Below the pieces are notes generated by a model. The model searched no databases, was not told the origin of the DNA, and saw nothing but the letters and a program-made list of their open reading frames with translations. Position numbers and translations under genes: made by a program. A stretch of DNA of 64,000 nt from the human T2T-CHM13v2.0 reference genome, Homo sapiens: NCBI RefSeq assembly GCF_009914755.1, contig NC_060925.1. The stretch is one strand, 5' to 3'. Shown here piece by piece: positions 38,909 to 51,200 of this stretch. The number at the start of each line of letters is the position of its first letter. Positions within the stretch are counted from its first letter, which is position 1.

Positions 38909-39424
38909 TATCATGATATGTGTCCCCAAATTGGAAAACAAAACCCCAAAATAATTACATGAAAATCAACTGGTTCTCTTTGTTCCTGCTACTTAAAAGG
39001 AGTATATACACGGAAGAAACACCTCAGCGCAGCTCTGAGCTTCTCTCCTTTTATCAGCAAATAGATGAACATTTGATGGTTTGAAAAATCAATGACTTCA
39101 GACATGAATTTCATCACACCTCTGTCTTCCTCAGCATATTATTTGAACCTCACAAAGGACATTTGATTAGGAAATTAAGATCAATAACCAGTAGATTACC
39201 AAATACAGGGAGATTTTACTTTCATTCTCCAATCATTCATCAGATTTTCATTTCCAATCTTGATTCACTCAGTAAATATTTATTGCACATTTGTAATGTG
39301 TCAGGCCCCATTCTAGGCACTGGAGATGCACTGGTGAACAAAACACAAAAAGGTCACTGTCTTCACGCAACTTACATTCTAGTGAGAGAAACAGACTACA
39401 AACAATGGCACATTGATACATATA

Positions 39425-41716
39425 CAGGCCTTGTGCTTGCTTTAATGCACTTTGTAGATATTGCATTTTTTATAAACTGAAAGTTTGTGACAACTCCGCA
39501 CTGAGCAAGGCCATCAGTGCCATTTTCCCAACAACAGGTGCTCACTCTGTGTCTCTGTGTCAAATTTTGGTAATTCTTCCCACAGTGTTTCAAACTTGTT
39601 TGCATTATTATGATATCTGTGATGGTGATCTGTGATCAGTGATCTTTGATGTTACTATTGTAATTGTTTTAGGGTACCAAAACCCACACCCCTTTAAAAT
39701 GGTGAACTTCATCCATGAATGTTGTATGTGTTCTGACTGCTCCACCAACCAGCCGTTGCCCTGTGTCTCTCCCACTCCTCGGGCCCCTCTATTCCCTGAG
39801 ACACAACAACATTAAATTTAGGCCAATTAATAATGCTACCATGGCCTCTAAGTGTTAAGTAAAAGGAAGAGTCACACATTTCTCACTTGGAATCAAAAGC
39901 CAGAAGCATGAAGCTTCATGAGAGAGGCATGTAGAAAGCTAAGATAAGCCAAACAGTCAGCCAAGTTGCAAACGCAAAGGAAAAGTTATTGAAGAAAATT
40001 AAAAGTGCTACTCCAGTGAACACACGAATGATAAGAGAGTGAAACGGCCCTATTGCTGATATGGAGAAAGTTTTTGTGGTCTGGATAGATGATCAAACCC
40101 GCCACAACATTCTCATAAGCCAAACCCTAATCCAGAACAAGGCCCTAACTCTCTTCAATCCTATGAAGGCTGAGAGGTGAGGAAGTCACAGGAGAAAATT
40201 TGATAGCTAGCAGAGGTTGGTTCATGAGGTTTAAGGAAAGAAGCCATCTCCGTAACATAAAAGTACAAAGTGAAGCAGCAAATGCTGATGAAGAAGCTGC
40301 AGTAAGTTTTCCAAAAGATCTAGCCAAGAGAATTGATGAAGGTAGTTACACTAAATAATAGATTTTCCATGTAGATGAAACAGCCTTCTGTTGGAAAAAG
40401 ATGCCATTTAGGACTTTCATAGCTAGAGAGGAGATGTCATTGCCTGGCTTCAAAGCTTCAAAGGACAGGCTGACTCTCTTGGTAGAGGCTAATGCCACTG
40501 GTGACTTTAAGTTTATGCCAATGCTCATTGACCATTCCAAAAATCCTAGGACTCTTAAGAATTATGCTAAATCCACTCTGCCTGTGCTCTATCAATGGAG
40601 CAACAAGGCCCAGGCAATGCTCACAGTCACCCAAGAGCTCTGATGAAGATCTATGAAAAGATTAACGTTGTTTTCATGCTAACACAACATCTATTCTGCA
40701 GCCCATGGATCGAGGAGTAGTTTCTACTTTAAGTCTTACAAGTTAAAAACAAAATACATTTTGTAAGTCTATACCTAGACAGATGTATAATAACATCTAT
40801 CCATGTAGATAGTGATTTCTCTGATGGATCTAGCAAAAAAAATTGAAAACCTTCTGGAAAGGATTCACCATTCTAGATGTCATTAAGAACTTTCATAATT
40901 CATAGGAAGAGGTCAAAATAACAATATTAACAGAAGTTTGCATGAAGTTGATTCCAACCCTCATGGGTGACTTAAAGGAGTTCAAGCCTTCAGCGGTGGA
41001 AGTCACTGCAGATGTGGTAGAAATAGCAAGAGAACTTGGATTTTAAGTGGAGGCTGAAGATGTGACTAAATTGTTGTAATCTCATGAAAAAACTTGAACA
41101 GATGAGGACTTGCTTCTTATGAATGTGCAAAAAAAAGTGGTTTTTTGAGATGGAATCTACTCCTAGTGAAGACGCTATGAACATTTTTGAAATGACAAGA
41201 AAGGATTTAAAATATTACATAAGCATAGTTAATAAAGCGTAGTAGGGCCTGACAGAATTGACTTCAATCTTCGAAGTCCTTCTGTGGATAAAATGCTCTC
41301 AAACAGCATAACATGCAATGGAGAAATCTTTCGTGAAAGAAAGAGTCAATCAATGCGGCTCACTTCACTGTCGTTTATTTGAAGAAATTGCCACAGCCAC
41401 TCCAACCTTCAGCAACTACCACCCTCATCAGTCAACAGCCATCAACATTGAGGCAAGATCCTCCCCAAGGAAAAAGATTTGCTGAAGGCATAGACAATTG
41501 TGAACAATTTTTAGCAATAAAGAATTTCTAAGTTAAGGTATGTACCTTGTTTTTTTAGCCATAATGTTCTTTGACACTTATTAGACTACAGTGTGGTATA
41601 AACTTAACTTTTATATGCACTCAGAAACCAAAGAATTTGTGTGGCTCGCTTTATTGTCATATTCATTTATCAAGGTGATCTGGAACCAAACCTGCAATAT
41701 ATCCAAGCTATGCCTA
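39425..41716 (+). mobile_element. Near full-length Tigger1 with a dead pogo-family transposase
   Basis: TA-caggc...tatgccta-TA ends. ORF 40401-40643 [27 protein letters not shown]...[13 protein letters not shown] matches Tigger1 transposase; VDETA near 40371 and QPMD near 40699; multiple stops and frameshifts. Confidence 0.95.
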
Positions 41717-42192
41717 TAATACATAAATTATATATAATGTTAGAAAGTAATAAATGTTATGAACAAAAGTAGAGCGCAGTGGGAATCAGAAATATATAAA
41801 TTCCCTTTCTTGCAGGGGATTTGGTAAAAGAAGTAGAGCTGTGGTCGGGCCCAGACACCATCGGAATTTGTAGGCCAAAGGAAGGGGAATTCACTGATAA
41901 TTTTGTGTAGGCTGTAGCATGAGCTAACTCAAATGTTTAAAAGATTATTTTCACTGTACTGTAGGGAATAGATAGAAGGTAGGAACTATGAGAGCCACTT
42001 GGGAGCCCTTTGCAATAGTCTGTGCAAAAACTGATAGTAGTAGCAGTAGAAATGGTTTAAAGTGAGTAGAGTCAAGATATATTTTAAAGTTAGAGCCCGG
42101 GGAACTTATTGATGTTGAAGACAGAGTAAGAAAAAGGATGGCATCAAGAATAGCTTCAAGGTGTTTTATTCAAACAATGAAACAGTAGAAGC

Positions 42193-42211
42193 TTTTTTTT
42201 TTTCTTCTTCT

Positions 42212-42243
<32 letters not shown>
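42193..42243 (+). repeat. Poly-T / (TTC)n tract
   Basis: About 50 nt of T with ttc interruptions. Confidence 0.9.
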
Positions 42244-42244
<1 letters not shown>

Positions 42245-42679
42245 AGATGCAGAAAATGGCAAGAACTGACTTGGGGCTGAGGGAGAGAGGAGTGCCAGAA
42301 ATCAAGACAGTCTTAATAACAGCCAAAGATCAACCTAAGAATGAAAAGGGAAGCTTCAGCTTGAATTATTTGAAGTTGAATAGTGGTCAGTTTTTGTTTT
42401 TTGTAATTAAAGTGGACCTCCTACACCTTGCATCTTCCCCAGCCGTGCTCTCCTGTCAACAACTGTCTGATATCTGATAATAGCTAATCCCTATAGCCTT
42501 GCAATTTCAGAATAGGGGGAAAATACATTTAAAAAATTTGATGATTAAAAAAAGATAGTGATAACCAAGCCACCTTCTTGTGGTACTAAACATTTGAATG
42601 TAGTCTCTAATGTTATTACTTTTTACTAATTTTAGCTAAATACATTCCATAAAACCAACAACTCCCACTTACTGATTTT

Positions 42680-43930
42680 CCTGCTCCAAGTTCTAACAAT
42701 TTTTGTGAAGTCTCTGGGATCTTCTACATATAAGGTCATGTCATCTGTGAAAAGAGAGAATTTTACTCCTTGTTTTCTGATTTGGATGCATCGTATTTCC
42801 TTTTCTAGCCTAACTGCCCTGGCTAGGACTTCTAGTGCTATGCTGAATAGAAGTGTCAACAGTAGGCATCCTCGTCTTTTTTTCTGATCTTAGAGAAAAA
42901 GCTTTCAGTTTTTTACCATTGAGTGTGATGTCAGCTGTGCCCTTTTCATATACAGCCTTCATTATGTTGAAGTAAATTCTTTCTACACATATATTATTAG
43001 GCATTTTTATCAATAAAGGTTGTTACATTTTGTAAAATGCTTTCTCTGTATCTTTTGAGATGACTGTGTGATTTTTTTCCTTCATTTGTTGATATACTGA
43101 ATCACATTAATTGATCTGCACGTGGTACAGAAGTAGAAAAACAAACTTAGTTTCTCCTACTCTACTTTCATAACATGCTTCTGACACTCATTGCGGGGGG
43201 TTCTTCCCCACACATCAAGCAAGCAATCAATTCTTGAGCAGACACTAGCTGTCCTCCAGTACAGTCCTGCCACTATCTACCTAGAGATAGTGTTTCCATG
43301 CCCTCTGCAGGCATGCCACCCTCCAGGAACCTCCAAGTGTTCACCTCTCTCTGAACCCAGGTTTTGGGGGTTTGGGGAGAGTGCTGTTACACAGTCATGA
43401 TTGACTAAATCACCGGCCACTGAAGACCAGCTCAACCTTTAGCCCTTCTCCTCTCCCTGGAGGTGGGGGAGCAAGGATGGGGCTGAAAGTCCCTACCTTC
43501 TAATCATGCCTTGGTCTTTCCAGTGACCAGTCCCCACATCCTGAAGCTACATAGGGTAGCCAGTAATCAGTCAACTCATTAGCATAAAGAGATACTTAAT
43601 ACTTTGGAGATTCCCGGATTTGAGGAGCTGTATTCAGGAGACTGATGGAAGACCAAATGTAAGTATTTCACAATACCAAACATGTGGTGAGGCATTCTTG
43701 CATCCCAACGACAAATCCCACTTGGTCCTGGTGTATGATCCTTTTAATGACCTGGTGAAGACGGTTTACTAGTATTGTTTTGAGAATTTTTGCATCCATA
43801 TTTATCATAGATATTGGCCTGTAGTTTTCTTTTTTTGTTATATCTTTATCTAGTTTTTGTAATGGGTTAATGCTGGCCTCATAAACTGAGTTTAGAAGTG
43901 TCCCCTTTTCTTCAATTTTTCAGAAGATGA
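42680..43930 (-). mobile_element. L1M ORF2 (reverse transcriptase region) fragment split by an LTR
   Basis: Minus ORFs LLFSIALEVLARAVRLEKEIRCIQIRKQGVKFSLFTDDMTLYVEDPRD (FADD-like motif) and YFNIMKAVYEKGTADITLNGKKLKAF. Confidence 0.9.
43123..43680. mobile_element. MER21-like ERVL solo LTR
   Basis: ccccacacatcaagcaagcaatcaattc...ggggctgaaagtccctaccttctaatcatgccttggtctttccagtgaccag; flanked by cacg/catg; the L1 continues on both sides. Confidence 0.75.
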
Positions 43931-44009
43931 ATGTCAAAATTCCATTTGTTTATCAATGATGTGAGCCACTTTTTTGTTGCTGAATCAGATCATTTAATAG
44001 TTTTCAGAT

Positions 44010-44509
44010 ACAGAATAATATATGTGTTTACTATTATGTAAAGTAATATGTAATAGTGAAAGGCATTAATGCACTTTTAAGTTTATATTTGCAATGTTAA
44101 CATTTTCTCCATCACTTTCTGAAGTCTTGACAGCTAATAAAATAATCAATCAAGCACTGATTTGTAGTGTTTGCTGATTTCCCTGGGGTAAATACAAACA
44201 AAAGTATTTGCACGTTTGGAAGCTGATTTCAAGCTTCCAATGTTTGATATGGAGCCCAGAGATGGGAAGAAATGAGCAGTTTATTTACAAGATGTAAACA
44301 ACCTCAAAAGCACAGATAATTGTAAATGGAGTAAAAAACTAGAAAGTTACAAGTTTTGAGTATTGCTTCCATTTAATATAATTTAATGAACTATAAGTTT
44401 ATATAATTGAATAGTTAATATATACTGTTTAACAGCCAACACGTGAATTCCTGAGAATTTAGCAATTGGCTCCTGTGAAATACTACAAGCCAGCTCCAGC
44501 ACACCATTG
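44010..44509 (-). mobile_element. MER63B/C-like hAT element
   Basis: ctgatttgtagtgtttgctgatttcc...gctgatttcaagc...gccagctccagcacaccattg terminus. Confidence 0.75.
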
Positions 44510-45485
44510 TAGCTTGGTCTCCAGAAAACAACTTGTTAGAATTATTTGGAGCCAAATATGGGGAAAGGACCTTACCCTTACTTTCTGCATTCCTCTTTTC
44601 TTACGTCTCCCTATGTGCACAAAGGAAGCTACTGTCAACTCTTCAGCTGAATCAAACCCCAAATCCTGAGGCAGGCTTCTCAAGGTCTCACTGAGAACCC
44701 ATGGCAATCAGGACTCCACTCCCAGCCACCCGGGATTCCAGTAATGAATTTGGGGAGGAAAGATCATCAGTGGTTATCTGCACATCAAAAGTATGCACCC
44801 TTTGAAAATATCATGGAATAAACATCTCTGTTGCTGACATCATTAGATATATCTTTTTGGATTATCAAGGTTTCAGACTTCAGCTTCTTGGCCACTCATC
44901 AGTTGCTGCTGTTGGATATATTTTTAGGTTCTAAATATATCTTACAGGGACAATAATATCATCATCTCCTTTGCCAAAGCAGAAGATAACATTTGGCAGT
45001 AAACACTGAATCATACGCCTTCCCAGTTCTTCCGAGATTTCCTTTCAAGGCCTTGGCTTTTCCACATAAACAATATCCTGTCTTGGGTTTTCCACAGGAA
45101 AACCATCTCCTGCCATCTTGGTGCCCCTCACTCACTTCACCTTCTCAACTGAGAGGCTGAGCATAATACTTACTCCTTGAATAATACATTTGTCTACGTG
45201 TTACAGACATATCCCCTGTCACTCAGGAGGTCCTAACCAGAGAGTAATCATTCTGATAGAAATGGGCAAGTAAAGACATATATAGACAAAAGATTAAAAT
45301 TGTTTGGTCAATACTGGAATCCAGCAATCACACACTAATGGAAGTATCTCAGTTTTTAAGATAATGGTAAAATTATAGACATCTATAATATTTCACATTA
45401 AATATAAAATGAGACTTGGTTGGAATCTATCACGTAGATGACATCAAAGAGCTCTCCACTGTAAAAAGTCATTTCTTATATTTGA

Positions 45486-45884
<399 letters not shown>

Positions 45885-46647
45885 TATCCTGAGAATTTTC
45901 AATGTAGAGCTATTGTTTTATAAGCAAAAATGATCAACATTTATATTTTAATCATTATAAAGCAATACATATTCGATTTGCTTCATTTACAAAAGGCTTC
46001 CTGGACTTAGCCCTTTAAAAATGCACGACACTTAATTTTTTTTTAACAAAAAAGCAGAAAAAGATGATCAAACGAAGGATACTGATCCATCAATTACTCC
46101 TCAGGAAGACAGGTGGATCATGTGTGATTTTTCAAATGTTTCACCAGATTGTTAAAATGATTAAATGAACAACCTAAGCTCAACTTGAAATCCATACAGA
46201 TGTGATAGCACCATAACCATTTCTTACCCTCTGGACACTGTAGTATGGTTGCCTCTGGCATCTTTAACTTGGTTGGCTGATAATATTTAATATAAAAATC
46301 TTCATGGGGTGTCAATAAATGTTAGCTTTCTACTCCCTTTCTACAATAAAAGCCATTAAATCATGATTTATTACAAAAATGTGACTTGACTGATTTTCCC
46401 ATGTTATACATCCATGAAATGTAAACATGAAATGCTAATATAAAAGAAAAATACAAGAATATAGATTTTACTGTTAATGGTGCCTATTAAATGTTGGTAT
46501 AAAAATACCCTAAGAAAATGCAACAAAATATTAATGGTGGTAGTGCCTTTAACTGGAGGGATTAAAGGTGATGTTTCCAAGTTTACATAATGATTGTGAA
46601 ATACTCCTGGGATAGAGAAATAAAATTTTATTAAAAATATTATTATG

Positions 46648-46798
46648 TTTAGAGTCAGGGTCTTACTTTGTCACCCAGGCTGGAGTTCAGTGGCACCATC
46701 ATAGTTCACCGTAACGTCAAATTCCTGGCCTTAAGTGATCCTCCTGCCTCAGCGTCCCAAAATGCTGGGATTACAGGCATGAACCACCATGCCTGACC
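46648..46798 (-). mobile_element. Alu monomer (FRAM or deleted AluJ)
   Basis: gggtcttactttgtcacccaggctggag...gctgggattacaggcatgaaccaccatgcctgacc. Confidence 0.85.
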
Positions 46799-46919
46799 CA
46801 AAAGTTTATTTTTAAAAACATAAATTTTAAAAAGATAACATAATCATATCTCACTTCACTCATTAAACATATTCTAGAAAATGTTTTATAATTTAATTTT
46901 TGTTTTTAAAAAGTTCGAA

Positions 46920-47240
<321 letters not shown>

Positions 47241-48849
47241 CTACTCTCCCTGTGTTTTCCCAGCCATGCTGAATTACTTGTAGTTCCCTGAAGCATCATG
47301 CTAATTCCAACTCTGTGCCCTAATAGGTGCTGTTGCTGATATATTAGGCCCCTTGCTCTATGTTCCTCATGTAACTATGAGTTTTCCTTCAAAACCTTCC
47401 CCAGGAACACTTTCTGAGTTCTCCACTACAATATAAATGCTCATCCTTCGGAGAGATCCCTCAATGAATTTATCAACAGTAAGCACTATCACACTATAAT
47501 AACTGTGGAAAGTGATTTAACAAAGCACAGTGCCTTCTGAATAAAGAAATGAATGAATGGATAAGCAACTTTGACACTTCCATAACTTAAACAAATGGTT
47601 GACCTTTTTGTTTTCTCTCACTTAAGTGACTGGCTGTTTGACTCGAGTAGTAAAAACAAACTAGGTGTCTTGACACCCTAAAAAGGGTGAATGTTATCTA
47701 CATAAATTCAATCTATACATTTAATTAAATAGTATCATTCAATAAGCATTAACTGATGGCATTGTAAGTGCCAGGTTTGGTGTTAGGCACTAGAACATGG
47801 AAAGGAGGAACAGTGCTTCTTTCCTCAACAAACTGAGACTAACAGGAATAGTCAGGCAAATCCACAGTTGCAGTAGTGTTATTAAGTGCAGTGTTGAAGC
47901 ATGCACTTTCTGTAGCAGGAACAAAAAGGGGTGCTGTGGGGTGTGGGGACAAGCCTTCTTGGTTCCAACACTGTGTTAAACTAAAATGTAGTTGTATTTA
48001 CAATACAAAGCTTAATAAAGGCTGCACTGGACAATTGCCTAATATCATCAATGTAAATACCCAATGTTATGTGATTAGAATGGGCATAAAAAATAACAAA
48101 ATCTGCTGTTATTAACAATGATTCCCACTGGAATATTGGAAGACACACTGACTATCACTCACTACAGAAAGTATAGAATTGGAAAAGATAATTTTATGAA
48201 GATTTATAAACTTTTAAAACTGGTGTGAAAGTATTATTTCCCAAATTCAGTTTGTAGCTGGGGTGGGGCGAGTAGGTAGTATAAATTTCTTCTTAAATTG
48301 TATCATGACAGAGAAGTGTTCTTTAGGATTCCATTGTTGTGGACTAACAAAGTCACTTTTAGATATCTCAAATTTGAACTTTATTGCTCTTCCTATCTTC
48401 CAAAGAAATGCACTGAAAAATAAAATGGTCTCTCTACAGAAGAACCAAAAAGCACAAGCAGTTTTTTTTATCCTCACAGCTTTCTGTTTTCAAGCAATTT
48501 GGAGTCCCCAGGCGGATTCAAACTCGATCCCCCTTCCACCTCACTCGGGCTCTATGCACTCCCACAGATAACGAGATTGGGTGAGCACATCAGATTCACT
48601 TTCCAAAGGCACACTGAAAAATCTTCATGCAGATTAAAAGATTTTTTTAACTATTTCAGCTTCCACATCTTCCAAACTTCTCTTTCTCAAACCATAGAAC
48701 ACTATCATTTGTGCAGAACAACATGAAGATGGGAGGTTATGGTTCCTTCAATTATGTCTGAGAATTAAGACATATGTTATATATTTACTATGAACCTTAA
48801 AGAATAAACTGCACCTAGATCTAATAACCATAATTCTAAATAACCTTCT

Positions 48850-49300
48850 ATAATCTATTATATACATAGTAGCCAGATAGACTTCTAAAAACATAGCTCA
48901 ATCAGCGCTCAAAAATGTGGCACTGATTGACAGTGTATAATTCTCACTCATTAGTTGTGGAATAAAGTCCAAACCGCTGTTCTAGAATTCAAGCTCCTCA
49001 CAAACTGGCTCCAATCTGCCTTCATTGTTGATTAACCACATGTCCCTTGCAAAATCTACGCTCCATCCCCAAGAGACTCTGTGTTGTTCTCTGAGCATTC
49101 AGAGAACTCTTCCACCTCCATGTCTGCCCTCTCACGGTTTTTCCCACTTGACTAACCTTCCTCCCATTTCACCTATTCAAACCTAACTCATCAGAAGCCC
49201 TCCTCTCTGAAGCCTGTCTAGATTATCCCACCTGAGAGCAATGTCTCTGTCCTCTACGTTCTCACTCTGCTGGCATACATGTCTCTTGCCACCTCTACCA
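48850..49300 (+). mobile_element. L2 fragment
   Basis: gaataaagtccaaaccgctgttctagaattcaagctcctcacaaactggctccaatctgcc. Confidence 0.6.
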
Positions 49301-50589
49301 CATCTTGCTCACCTTTGTAAGTAAACCTCACCTTGCTCACCTTTATAAGTAACTGTTGTTAGCACATACTAGGTGTACAACACCACACCTATAAGTGAGT
49401 GGCTGAATCTTTTTACAAAATGATTCAGAAGGCATCTCAGGATTATTTCATTTCTCCACATAATCACACATATCGACTACCATTATTTGATAGATTCAGA
49501 GGTTGCAAGATATTGGTTGACTATATATTCACTCTTTAACTGATACTAAAAGTTGTTTTAGCCAGTTAATCTCTAATAGCAGCTTATCTGCCACTTATTT
49601 GATTCTCATATAAAGAAAGAGTATTAAAAATCTGATGTTTGAATATCCTACTTACATAAATTCAAGAAAAGCAGGGGTTTAGCATATCTGCCACCCTGAA
49701 TTCAATTATCTACTGCATGTGTTGTCTCTCATGTGTAACCTGGGCCTTGATGCTAAGCCACCCCTCAGAGATTCTTTAAGTTCCAATGTCAGAAAATTTG
49801 AGGGTCCTATGGCATAGAATGATAAGTACCAACATGGTTACTACTGAAGATGTTAGTTTGGAAATACTTTTAGATCATGGAGTGCTTAAGTGCTATACAG
49901 TCATATCACCAATAGCCTTACCTTTTCCACAAGATTTTTTTTAACAAAATGTAAAATACAGGTACTGTAATTCATGAATTCTCACATAAAGGACAAATAA
50001 AAATAGGATCATGAATATTGCTCAGACTTTGAATTTTTATACTGTAATCTAAGAATACTCTGAAGGACACAAATCAAATTGGTAGGGCCAGGAAATAAAA
50101 TAATTTCTAAATTCTACTAACAGTAAAAAACACAAATATAAATCTTATTAAGGCAGAAAATAAAAAACAAGAGATTTTCACCATTTAGTTTCATCGTTTA
50201 AATATCATATTTATTATCATACACTGCAAACTCCCCAAACTGCTTTGATATTTTCCCTTAAAAATAAGAGAGAAAACATGAAGGCATCTGATTTTGTGAT
50301 AATAGAAAATTTCTTGATAATATGTTTTTGTGGCTATAAGTGCCAATGAATATATCAAGTTCTAAATAATATGCAATGTTTTAAATACCAATGAATGTTG
50401 TGACAATTTTTTTCATTTAAATTGTGATGTATGTTTGCAAGATACAGTCTACTTCCTTTAAGCTAGAGAGGCGCCTGTCAGCGCCTGTGGAGGCCTAAGA
50501 GGAGGAGGCTTACAACTGCAGTCTTCTCCTTCCTCCCTGACCCCGTTGTAGGAATAAGAAGTAAATCTTCAGTCAGAATCAGCCCATGC

Positions 50590-50900
50590 ACACACAAGCC
50601 AGTGGCAAACCTCTGCCCAAGTATTAAAGGATAAACTGGGCAATCAGATTTGAATCTCAAAACTCTGGATTAGGAAATCAGAAGAATGAACTACTGTAAG
50701 TCAATGATATGAACGAGTCCAAGAGACAAAGTAGAGGGGGAAAGCTAATCAGTAGAAAACAGGCAGATGAAGATGCCTGGAGAGAAGCAGAGCTGCCAAC
50801 GGAGAACAGACGCGAGAGCTGTCCGAGGTCCTGATACCCTGAGGTTCTGATTCCAGTCAACCTGCAGACTCACATCTATCCTGAAATGCAACCCAACTCC
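50590..50900 (+). mobile_element. Old MLT1K/L-like LTR remnant
   Basis: ggagagaagcagagctg...ggtcctgataccctgaggttctgattccagtc resembles old MLT1 LTRs. Confidence 0.4.
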
Positions 50901-51019
50901 AATTCCACAGAGTCACAATGTACCTAAATTATTTGGACAGACACAGAAGTCATAATAATATAATTTAACCTACTGATAGGCCCTGTGACAAAAAGGCCTA
51001 GGCAAATGGTAATTTTTAA

Positions 51020-51200
51020 AAGCCCAGTCTGCCTGAGACTGAAGCCCAGCTCTGTCATTTATTACCTCTGTGGCCCTAAGCAAGTTATTTAGTCTCTCTT
51101 AGTCTCCAATTTATCATGTTTAAAATGGATATAATAGCAATGCCTCAAAGGGTTGTTATGAGAAATGCGTGAGATGATGAATGTGTAGTGGTTAGCACAG
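51020..51200 (+). mobile_element. MIR
   Basis: cccagctctgtcatttattacctctgtggccctaagcaagttatttagtctctc...gggttgttatgaga. Confidence 0.8.

Larger units (their letters stand above)
39260..42330 (-). mobile_element. L2 element split by Tigger1
   Basis: gtaaatatttattgcac...attctaggcactggagatgcactggtgaacaaaacac; resumes at 41720 with ataatgttagaaagtaataaatgttatgaac. Confidence 0.7.

Noticed and set aside
40145-41184. TIGD1-like domesticated transposase
   Set aside because: Multiple stops, frameshifts and a core deletion; an ordinary decayed Tigger1.
45168-45255. Minus-strand exon candidate with GTAAGT donor
   Set aside because: Stop codons in all three frames; no other support.
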